From: Tubulanus polymorphus | Lineage: Eukaryota; Animalia; Nemertea | DNA: 64,000 bases | NCBI RefSeq assembly: GCF_964204645.1 | Contig: NC_134033.1 | Coordinates: forward strand, 4,736,231 to 4,800,230 | Reading direction: 5' to 3' | Part shown: in pieces, positions 52,669-64,000 of the stretch | How the letters are laid out: each line of letters opens with the position of its first letter | How positions within the stretch are numbered: the first letter of the stretch is position 1 | Notes under the pieces: generated by a model | The model's database searches: none | What the model was told of the DNA's origin: nothing | Seen by the model: only the letters and a program-made list of their open reading frames with translations | Program-made: the position numbers and the translations under genes

Positions 52669-54290
52669 AGTGCTCCCTATCTGCCTTATCCCATCTCCCA
52701 ACGGAAACTTGCGGTTGCATGTTCTGAATCTAGTCAGGTTTATAGTAAGGTTGTCTGGTTTATCCGATATTAACTCAACAATTCTAAAACGTTTCCTTAA
52801 TAGTTAATTTGAAAAATCGGAAATTCTGAAAAAATAAGAAAAAAACCTGGAAATAGAGAGAAACCCTGGAATAAAAGAAGCATGAAATTCAGGATCCTGA
52901 AATAAAGATATAGGACATAAGTAATAAACAAACTGCTATTTCTATCTGTAGACCCAGAGACCCACAGGACCCTGACGTAAATAGCACCCTATTTACTAAT
53001 TAACGCAATTATTTAAAATTGTATTAATATTCATGCATTTCTATAACTTACTAACTCACCGAGTAAGTTCCTAAACTAATTAAACCTATAAAACATAATT
53101 TCGACTGTTAATGTTTCTCAAACTTACAGTTTATCCAATCCTGTGTGTGTAATGTGTGAATCCAATGATAATCCTCGAGTCAATTTGAATCCTTGTGTTT
53201 TTGGTAACAGTTTTTTTTAGCACAGTTTATATAAATCCGGAATTACTTCCGCGCGATTCCATTCCAACTAAATCCTGAACAAGATGAGAATTCAAATTCC
53301 ATTTTATTTCCAGTAACAGCAAGGTTTTTGAGAACAGTCTATCTTAAATTCGTTTAAGCGCGATTCACAAGACATATTCACAAGAGGTGTCTATATTTTA
53401 CGGGAGACAGTTTGAGCACCTCTGTCCAGACTGGTTAACCATATACCATCGCGACAACCGCTAGGTGTGAACATACACGGACACCCAAATATAATAATCT
53501 GTGCGAACGACAAGAATTGTCGAACACAAAGAAGCTTCATATTTCAAATTATCTAACTACCGGGGTCACTGGTCATAATCCATCTTCGCTCTATAAAAGC
53601 GCGGTTCTACAGAAATCAATACATTCTGAACTGCATGAAGTACGTATCAACTTATAGTATGAATCAGACACTAGAAATATCTAATAGCAGTTGATTTGAT
53701 TTAAAAATTGAATAATCAAATTTGATGATGCCGCCAACACCAGGTCGTGCTCACGAAACATTATCATCTGTGATAGGACGCATAATTAGTCATACTCGTC
53801 GATGATTGGCTAATTGGTACAAAATATGCATAATCTAAACTGAATGAAACCGGTTTCGACCCGCGCGTCGAGTGGGCATTTGACACATTTCACGTGACTT
53901 TTCTCATTTTCTACTGAAGGTCATTGAATATGTATCGGAATCTGTTCATTTCAGATATACAGTAAACCCCGAATCCTGACTACAACAAAAATTATTTTCT
54001 GATTTCCTGATACATTTTACGACCTTTATCTCGGACGTCGCTTACCTCGGAGCGAAAAACTGCTAAAAGAAGAAATGAGAACACGCGCCATCGAAATATT
54101 ATCAGTGTTGTTTATGGTTTCATGAAATTGTTTTTTTTTTCAAATTTCGTGATTTTATCGATTTCTTTGCGCGACACGTTCATTGAGAGCTGTGTTTATA
54201 TGGACGGGTTAAAACTGGATGCGCACCGGACAGACACATAGCTGATTTCAGCACAAACGATCAGTTTAATTGTGTTATACAATGTAACTT

Positions 54291-54415
54291 TATTCAAACA
54301 TCGTCAACCCGTTTTCTAGAAGACTAATTATAACTCCGAAATACGTTATTTGCTGCATTTGTTGGCTCGTTATGAGCACAGTTCCTATTCTACCGCTGTC
54401 ATCGTCGTCTTACTT
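54291..54415 (+). pseudogene. Orphan TM4-region fragment of a copy-6-type receptor
   Basis: Collinear with 60442-60572 (YSNIVNPFSR..ITPKYVI--CCICWL..STV.ILPLSSSSY), with a 6-bp deletion. Confidence 0.8.
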
Positions 54416-54868
54416 GGTTGGTGTTTGTTCTGCGAAAAGTCAATAGCGAACAAGACCATGCCCGCTACAACACTAAGTGTTCTATAGAGACGCAGAATGT
54501 TTTGAGGTATGGATAGAAAATGTCATCGAATATTATCAAAAACTGAACGAAGTTCGGGATCGACAGTAAATATATTTTTAGAGAAATAATTGCACATGTT
54601 TATAAACCCGATATATTGAAACACGTCTTAATTTAGAAACCGCGGTAATTACAGCGAAACCGAGAACAGAAGAAAGTTTCACAAATACGAGACTGGCGCC
54701 AGTTTGATGGGAGATCTTTTTAACAAAATAATTAGACTCTGATCCATTCGTCAACTTTTCTCATTAGCAAATTCGTCATTACATTGCAGCTACTCTTCAA
54801 AGGAATGTCGTGAAAACTTTGGAAATAGTTAGAAATGTGTTTGTCTTGAAGCGTAAATTGTGTTCAAT

Positions 54869-57800
54869 ATGCAGCGAATGAAAGTGTTGTTCGTAGTTTT
54901 AGTGATCGCTTGCGGAGACTGTATATTTACGCGGGCTGATCGCGCAAACTCTGTCGAGGAAGCCGCGTCTGTTACAGTCAGTTCATCTTGTAACAACACT
55001 CAATACTCCGTCGATTCTACGTCTGGTTACATCGTTTCACCGAACTATCCGTCGTTAGCGCGCGGTGTTGAATGTCGTTGGTTCGTCAACAGCTCTTTGC
55101 CGGGAAGTTTTCTCGTTCAAGTTTACTACGATATCGAGCCGTCGATATTCTGTAACGAAAACTACCTTCTCGTCGGTGAGTCCGACAACAAACTCTGCGC
55201 TACCGGAAGAAAACAACTAGATATCCGCAGTAACGGGTTGATTTCGTTGTTGTTTAGGACTAACGTCGATGGAGCGCGAGGTAGTCGGGTTTACATCATA
55301 TATCGTTTTGAAGAACAGAGTCGCTTGAAAATCTTACATACATGTCACAAGCATGCAGTAAAAGAATTACCAACTCAAACAGGTTATGAATTCATGATTT
55401 CTACCCGGCAATGTAAATTGTTGTTAGAATGGATCGGGATGCCAGACGGGTTTGCAATGAATTTAACGTTTATACAGATAGATTTCAGATTATATCCAGG
55501 TGAGGATCCGATGAAAACTCGTCCTCAAATTTACGACGGATGGAACAGCACCAGTGAACCTATAGCTCTTATACGAGAACAAACCGGACATCCACCTTCA
55601 TCGTTTTATACCAAAACTAATAAAGCGTGTGTAGAATTTGAAAGTGTCATTCACGTTGTGTCGTTTAAGTCGCAGTTACTCGTGCAAGTTTACAAAATAT
55701 CAGATTGGAACGTCTCTAACCCGTTAATTCAAGTCTATATTAAATCAGGACTGCTCACTACAATTGATGGAATACCACACATATCAACTCAGTCTAAACA
55801 CTTATACTGCTGGTCTATCACAGTCGATGTTCTGCAGTACGTCGTCTTCAACTGGACACGTGATCTCGTCTCGTCACCAGGTGTCGTTGGTGTATATAAA
55901 CAGGAAGGGTTACGTATTGTGAGAACTGATATTTTACTCAGTTTTAACCATCTTAAATCTCTGAGTGTAAAATCAGACGGATTTCTCGTCATTCTGTGCG
56001 TTTTCACGACATCGGATTTTTTAAGATCGAATTTGAAAATAGAATTAAAAGTGAAATCACTGACAATATCAGATGTCTACGTCAACAAGCGACGGATATG
56101 GGTAAGTTATAACAATGATTTGTAAATTTGGTTCGTGTAAAAGAATCATTGTAATAATCTATGATTTTGATGGCGATTTTGACCAGTGAAACTTTACCGA
56201 GAAACTTGGAATAACAACGTTATGTGTGACCCAAAACACATGTGGTTTACGTGGAGTAATTATGATGATTTGTGGATAATTTCAGGTTGTGAGTGGATTG
56301 ATATTGTCGTATTGTAAACGTTCAATGCTGTTATCAATTCTCTTATATTTCAGCATTCAAACACAAACTCAATATCAGCTAATCGATTGTTCCCGAGATC
56401 AAAGAATACACTGTATCGTGTAACTACATTACAACTAAACTGGAAAGTGAACATCTATGTAGAACGGTTGAAACTAACAGTGCTATCAGAAAACTGTGAT
56501 CGAGCTGGTTTTTATATATTTGATGGTAGTAATTTCACAGCTAGACGCTATGGTCCGTATTGTCCTGGTTCATTCTACGGTCGATCAGTCGTCAGCCTGA
56601 TTACATCAGGTGGACCGGTTACTGTAGTAGCATACGCTTATTACTATAACGATCAGCAGTTAACAGTTGATCGTTCTGACCAGTCATATCTTAGATTTGC
56701 TCCTACTGATTGTGATGGTTATGTTCTACAGGAAGAAGAACGTCGGATCAATATGACGTCACACTGTCTCGTGATTACACCTGAAAATCGACGCCTTCGC
56801 TTGAAAAATATTCACATATTATCAGAACACGAATATCAAATTGACCGATGTTTTCTCAAGATGTCATTGTCATGTGATCAGTTTCTGAGTTTGGGTAATC
56901 AGTTTCTTAATAACAGTCTCGTATTAAACACTGTAGATTTCACAGGTCGGTATTGGTTCTGGCATACACCACTAATTGTTAAACTACGTCGTAAATGTCT
57001 AGGAGTGAAAAAAGGAGGTAATTCTGGATTTGCCGGTTCCCTTATCCCAATTGTGGCAAAAGATAAATGCGGACTCGTGCAGTCCCCGAACTACCCGGGT
57101 GAGGCACGACGTACATCAGAATCGATTTCATATAGATTTGAAAACCCGACACTACAGAATGTATTTCAATATTACAGATTTATTGTCAAATTCATTGGAT
57201 CAGTTTCATGCGAAACAGACAGATCCGGTCGATATGATCCTATTATTTTGATACAGCTACTAGAATACGAGCTCTACCTAAATGGAAAACGTTTGAAAAT
57301 TATTAGTACTCAGCTTGAAACTAAAATATGTGAAAATAACGCGGTTCGTGGACTTATATTCTATAGTTTAACAGATAATAATCTGCGTTTTGAAGTTAAG
57401 AATAATATCCCCACGTTTAAAATACAATACACTTTACACGAGTCGTTACCGATTAAACATTTCGATGGTTTCTACTGTAAACAAGGATTTCTGGATTCCG
57501 GAATTTCCTGCATCAAATTCATCGGAGATGAACGTCTGAATTGGGAGAACGCTGAAATATACTGTAGACAGAAGTACGCGGGACATCTACTCAGTATCAA
57601 CTCAGAACAGGAAATGATTTCCATCAAAAGATTATTCGCGACAGAACTTCTCCGAATGGCGTACACATTGAAAGCGCTCATAATGATGATTGGATTGAAA
57701 TGGCAGGTAAGACTAATGTTGGCAAATATTTATTAGAAAAGTAAGATTTTTAATGAAAAATTGTTAAATAATTTATCATTTTGTTCACGAAACAGAATGA

Positions 57801-60800
57801 TGGTTATTACACGTGGACTGACGGTAAACCATTGAGCTACACAGAGTGGTATAAACCTGTTATAAATGAAACGATACCAGAAGTTATTCGAGGATTGATA
57901 TCTCCGCTAAGAAAACAACCGATAAATGACGTCAATATGCCGTGTACGGCGATGATGCTGAATAATCCACGAGGATCGGCGAACTGGGTTCGATTCCCGT
58001 GTCAAATCGAGGAGACGCACACGACATTCATTTGTGAAACAGAAAGAATAGATTCCAATGCATCTTCGCAAAACGATACTACTGGAATAAAGTGGAAAAA
58101 CTTTGAACGATTTAACTCCACGTGTCTAAGAGGATGGATTTATATAGAAGCGCATTGCTATCAGATACTTACAGCCTGGCAAACGCTCCAATCTGAAAGT
58201 TTAACAATCCACACAGCTAGAGAAATGTGTCTTACAATCGGCGGAGACATAGGTATAATAACATCTAATATTGAAAATCAGTATTTGATAAATGTTTTCC
58301 ACTATCAGCATCAATATGGCGCTATACTGACTAATCATACGAGCGGAAGAATTGTGGCAATAAAACCAATTGTAATTAGAAATTGGATAACATATTTTCA
58401 AACAGTGAAATGGTCAGTGACTGCCTTTGATAATGTCACAGATGAAGCGCATTCCGTGTTATGTTCCTATAATGTAACTGGTGAAGAGTTAGCTTCTATA
58501 AGCGGTTGTAAATCGTGGCAGTTTGAATGTAACGATCACAGATGTATCAGCGACCATCGCGTATGTGATACCAGAAACGACTGTCAACACGGTGAAGATG
58601 AACTCAATTGTACGGATATCAATTTACACAGTCAGTTCCGCTGTAACGATGGACAGGTTATATCGATTAGCGGTTTCTGTGACTTTATGAGAGATTGCGT
58701 CGATGGCTCGGATGAGAACTCTTGCTATCATCGACCGTGTTTATCTACGCAATATCGCTGTTCTAATCACCAATGCATCGATAGTTATAAACGATGTGAC
58801 GGACTAGCCAACTGTAAAGACGGTTCCGATGAGATTGGATGCACTGCCGAGCTTTGTCAGGGGTTCTCGTGCGTGGACGGTGAATGTATTAGTTCCCAGT
58901 TGTATCGGGATGGTGTCGTGGATTGTAGCGGAAGTCTCGAAGAAGACGAATTGGTCACTAATATGACAGTGAATCCCGAGGTTTACTGTAATAATGACAA
59001 TCACTGTACGACTCGTTTCACGGATCTGTGTAAGGAATCGGATGAACAAAGATGTTCGTTCAATTCTCCGCGCTGTTATTCCCGACACGAAAGGTGTATT
59101 TTAGAAAGGATGCCGATTGGTTTCCCGGTATGTAGAAATCTTGAACATATTCTCGCGTGTAATGACTTCGAATGCGCGGCTGGTACTGTAAAATGTCCGG
59201 CATCTTACTGTATACCGATCAGGCACGTTTGTGACGGTCGATCCGATTGTCCTAATTCTGAAGATGAACGAAACTGCGAGACTTGGTCGTGTCCGGGAAT
59301 GTTTAAATGCGGCCAGGATAATCGATGTATTCCGCAATCTGAAGTTTGCGACGGTGTCGTAAATTGTAAACTTAACTCGGATGACGAGTCATTCTGTAAG
59401 GTCACGTGTCCTGAACGTTGTAATTGCCGGGGTTATTTCATCGATTGTGAAAATGCTCTGTTATCAGATATTACTGGTCGTTTTATAGAATCAACTCGGG
59501 TTTTGATTTTGTCGAATAACCGAGTCGTATTTAACGAGTCGACGTTCAACTCTTTCATTTATATTCGTTTTCTCGATATTTCGGGCAATGATTTGTCTTA
59601 CATCGTTCCAAACACGTTTTCTAATCTAAACAATCTATACACATTAGACCTTACACACAACCGCATACAATCATTATCTGCTAATACATTCGCAGGTTTG
59701 ATCAGTTTAAAACAATTATTTCTTATCGGAAATCCGCTGCAACATTTAGAAGACGGTAGTTTTCGAGGTCTGACGTCACTCACTGCTCTCGATCTTCACG
59801 GACTTTCTATATCGGTTCTCGGTGAAAATGTATTTAAAGGTTTATCCGCATTACAGTCGTTAAATATCAGCGGTAACAGAATCCATTATATTTCCAGTTA
59901 TGCTTTTTACGGATTGGTTCTACTTAAAATTCTAGATCTCGTCAAAAATGCCAAAGTGATATTTGTAAAAAGAAACGTTCTTGGCGATCTTACATCATTG
60001 AAATACCTCGCTTCGGATGCTTACAAATTTTGCTGCATGGCGCCGAATGTAGACCGATGTCTTCCCGAAGCTGATCAATTTTCGACATGCTCTGACCTGA
60101 TGGGTAACACTGTACTGAGAGCCATCATCTGGATGATCGCATCTTTCAGTTTTCTCGCTAACAGTATCGTTATTGTATTTCGTGTTAAAGCTTTGCGGAT
60201 GGAATCCTCCGGAACACGTAACACATCTTCCGATATCATCATCATAAATATTGCCGGTTGTGATTTTCTGATGTCGGTCTATTTGTTTTTGATCGCAGGA
60301 GCTGACCACGCTTTCAAAGGCGTTTATTATCTGAATTCTGAAGCTTGGACGGATAGCTCATTGTGTCGTCTCGCCGGGGTTATTGTCACCGTTTCGTGCG
60401 AAGGTTCCTTAAGTTTTCTCTTAATTCTAACACGGCAGAGATATTCAAATATCGTCAACCCGTTTTCTAGAAGTCCGATTTTAACTCCGAAATACGTTAT
60501 CGGTATATGCTGCATTTGTTGGCTCATTATAAGCACAGTTTCTATTCTACCACTGTCATCGTCGTCTTACTTCGGAGACAATTTTTACGGTACTACCGGA
60601 GTTTGTTTGCCTATGAATTTACTGACGAGCGACGCCAATGGCTGGCACTATTCATTCGCTATTTTTGCCTTGTTTAATGCAGCCATATTGGCTACGATAA
60701 TGACGACGTACGCTCAGATGTATAGACTCGTATCTGGAAGTAGGTCGGGCTCGGGTAGAGTCGATCCTACAGAACTCGTTCTAGCTCGACGCAGTTTAGT

Positions 60801-61023
60801 AATCAATCTTTGTAATCTATTTTGCTGGCTACCGATAATAATCGTTCAGTTTTGCGCCGTATTTTTGGTCGAGATACCGAACCAGGTGGCCGCTTGGCTG
60901 GCTGTTCTATTTTTACCGATCAACTCGTCTCTGAATCCGCTTCTTTATACAATACTAACTATCGATATGAAATCTATTCGTGAACGCAATAAACGACGAC
61001 TTGGATTGACAGCTAGTAAATAA
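54869..61023 (+). CDS. GRL101-like CUB/CTL/LDLa/LRR GPCR copy 6, divergent paralog (intact, ~1937 aa)
   Basis: Exons 54869-56101 (TGG|GTAAGT), 56354-57706 (TTTCAG|CAT ... CAG|GTAAGA) and 57796-61023 (AAACAG|AAT), all phase 0. Signal peptide MKVLFVVLVIACGDC; same domain order as the minus-strand copies. Confidence 0.88.
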
Positions 61024-62655
61024 ACAATATAAAGCTGCATCTATGTTCAATGTTAAATTTCTCACGCACGAATTCGATTCGTTTCCTTAATCCGAAAACT
61101 TTCGAAATCGATTCAAATTTCTTGAATCAAGTGTTCTTTTGGAATAAAAGATATTTCATGCAGTGCGTATTTTAAGTAAACATCTCAAGTCGATTTGATT
61201 TCTAAATACCCGGAATAGTTACTGTTTATTCAACTGAAAAAAAAATCGCCTACAGATTGCCTGATATCTCTACCTTTAGTGGTTTTCACATAACATGAGA
61301 ATAATTTCACATCAAAAATAGTAGTTGCAATTGAAAATGAACCAGATATTATTTCTACTTCTTTATAATTGCTTCACATCCTTCGGAGCAGTTGAGAATA
61401 GAAACCTCATATAGGAGTTGTAGTCAGAAAGTCGGAAAATAGAGGGAAAGGATATTTTGCGACTTCGAAAAAAGTAGTTTAATTGAAGATGAACTAAACC
61501 AGATTTTGAAATTTTCTAATTATTCTCGGAGAAGCTCTAAAAAGTAGCAGAAACTTCTTTCAAATAGTAGCCGTAGTCAGATCTACAAACCAAATCAAAT
61601 CAGTTCGATCGTACCAGTCTGAGCAAGTGTATTTTTTCAGTGAACCTAATCGTTTGTGCTAAATGAAAACGTCTTAGAAAACACTCATATCGAAATTTAT
61701 ACATTGACTGGTAATGATTTACGGCGCGATTACGATTGGATATCATTTTTTTCATTTCCAAAGAAAACAACAACAACATATTAACAAACCAGAAATCTTC
61801 AATTCTGTATTTCTAGGTTTAGATCAAAGGAGTGCGGTTCATTGTTTTAAACGAAATTTACCGGATACATATTTCATGGCCTATCTAGCTCTGTCCCGTC
61901 ATAGTTTCATCACGGGTTCGAACCCGGGACCCGTTGATCGTGGACGGCTCGTAATGTCCTGTTTCTCTGAGTGGCAGGAATACTGTTTTTGAGGTGACCG
62001 GGTTGTCGATCAGGTGACTCGTCTCGTCGGCCTCCGAGTTGAACTGGTGATCGTGTTTAAGACGCGTCAGCAGTGAATGATTTAAAGAAGTTAAAGAGAA
62101 AGGCCGATATCTGCATGTCATGTAGAATTTTTGATTTAAAAAGATTTTAAGATTTGAAAGAAGCCAATGATAAATGAAATAAGAGTTGAACGTTGGAAAA
62201 TACCGTGAAGTAAAGCAAACGTTTTCAAACTAGTTTTTTGACCCAAACCCGGGAGTTTCATTTTTGACAACGAAACAACTGTTACAATAATGTTTAACGT
62301 ACATTGATATAGTATAAGGGGTTCTGTGTGATTCGATGTGCACTACGTCATCGAAGTAAGCGTTTGAGCATGTTCATTTGTAGTTAGATATTAAGATGCC
62401 GGCTTAATCTGGAGCCCTACACTATGATTATATAAACTAGAATCAGGGTTGTCAAGAAGCCTTATGTTAACCTCACAATCAGTAAAACGTAAAACACAGT
62501 CACTTTATAGGTTACTCACACATGGACTCGTTTACCCGATGAAGCTACTATACTAGTAGCAAAACTCGTATCTAAATAAGACAAAAATACACTACGCTGT
62601 CTTTATACATTTCACTGAATAAACAAAAATGTTGTATGAAACTTGAAATCAGTGG

Positions 62656-63575
62656 TTATCTGACTGAATCTCGACAGCGGATTTTCATACAGAAATATTC
62701 GCAAATTTCTCGTCGTAGTAAAAGATATATGTAGATATTAACCATAAAATTACACATTTGACACTTTGCATTTTTTGAATAAGTCATACTGAAATTATCT
62801 GTGTTTCTGAGAGACTTGTAAAAATGTAGTAATAGTGGAAGGAAGTGTAAATATTGCGAATGCGAGTGAAACTGTTACAAGCATTATTGTCGTGCGTTTT
62901 GATTTTGTAGATTTCTGATCGGACGAAACCAATTTTCGAACCTCTAAATAACTGATATATTTTAACAGAATTTGATGTTAGTATTAGAATTAAATGTAAA
63001 TATGAATGACAATTATGAGGAAAAAATTTATTTTGGTCAAATAATTCGCGGTAACATCCGAAAAACTGGTCGGTGAAATGTATCGACAAAGTAGGAAGAG
63101 GATATAGAACCAGTGAATTCACTGCAGTAATTATCCACATAGTAAATCTAGCGAATATCGGTGTACATACCAAACGAGATGTGAACGGGAAGAGCACAAC
63201 TGCCGCGCGTTCTAGAGATATCGCTATTATAAGCCACGAACTATTTCTTGCTGCGAGTATCATTACAAATTCATAAATTTGACAACTGATCAGTGAATCC
63301 ATGATGAATTATGTTAATCTTTAACGCGCAAGAGAACAAACTGTAAAACGGGCATCAGTGTAAAACTGATACAGTACATACAATCACTGATTGACAATAC
63401 GATCAGATAGTTAGCTTAAGATAAACGGTGGAATCTGCGACTTATCATTATCATTAGGAAAGTAGCTGAATTTCAAAATGCTCCAAACAAGTGATGCTCC
63501 AAACAAGAACAGTGCACTAGGCAGAATGACCTATGATACAGTACGGTAGACTCCGGACCTGTTCGCTACAGACAT
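62656..63575 (-). pseudogene. Intronless rhodopsin-family GPCR pseudogene (peptide-receptor/chemoreceptor-like), unrelated to the GRL101 copies
   Basis: ORF 62784-63302 has TM3 SSWLIIAISLERAAVVLFP. Manual translation upstream gives TM1/TM2 (LFGAF*NSATFL...ANYLIVLSISD) with stops; downstream gives TM7-like VNIYIYLL in another frame. Confidence 0.7.
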
Positions 63576-64000
63576 GATGGTAATGATGTAACTGATATAA
63601 GTTCGAGCAATTTGCATTAGAGTAGATTTCATTATTCATGTGGCTCGAAATTAGAATCGAATGGAAGTGTACTAACTATCCTGTAAGATTTATTCTTAAC
63701 AGCGAATAGAAAATCTATTCTCCGAAATCTAGCACAATCTACTGGTATGTTGTGAAACTTACTGCGTGAAATAAAAATTCAACTTAGTCAAATAAAAATA
63801 TACAACGTGCGAGAATTCATCGTAAAATCATTACATGTCAATAGCATCAGTTTATGTTTCAACTAGTTCAACCAGCCACGCAATACAGTAACTAGGAGTT
63901 CTCAAGGGCTCAACTGCTCTAATTCTGCGTTCCTTAAATGCAATTTTTCTATCTTTTGTTCATAAGACAAAGACGTGGAATCAGAACTCGGGATTTGAAC

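Noticed and set aside
56281-56294. Possible 3-nt microexon (ttcag GTT gtgagt) in intron 1 of copy 6
   Set aside because: Exon 2 of copy 6 aligns length-for-length with paralogs without it; no support without RNA data.
61912-61932. B-box-like GGTTCGAACCC suggesting a tRNA gene
   Set aside because: No cloverleaf or clear A-box could be built; at most a SINE remnant.

Overview
AT-rich eukaryotic (invertebrate, probably lophotrochozoan-type) genomic DNA dominated by a tandem cluster of six paralogous three-exon genes. Each encodes a ~1,930-aa GRL101-like (LGR type C) receptor: signal peptide, several CUB/CUB-like domains, 2 C-type lectin domains, ~6-7 LDLa modules, LRRs and a rhodopsin-class 7TM. 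The ORF track splits each gene into three ORFs, but phase-0 GT-AG splice sites join them. Five near-identical copies lie on the minus strand: copies 1 and 3 are intact, copy 2 has one nonsense codon, and copies 4 and 5 are multiply disabled. One divergent intact copy (6) lies head-to-head on the plus strand. Variation between copies is concentrated in short hypervariable CUB-region segments that are shuffled between paralogs, and copy 6 carries near-identical patches suggesting gene conversion. Also present: an F-type lectin (fucolectin) pseudogene missed by the ORF track and co-duplicated with the cluster; a CR1/L2-group LINE whose insertion coincides with an ~800-bp deletion; a gag-only LTR element with TT...AA termini; a decayed esterase-ORF1 LINE; and a separate rhodopsin-type GPCR pseudogene. 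All calls are by eye; no database searches were run.
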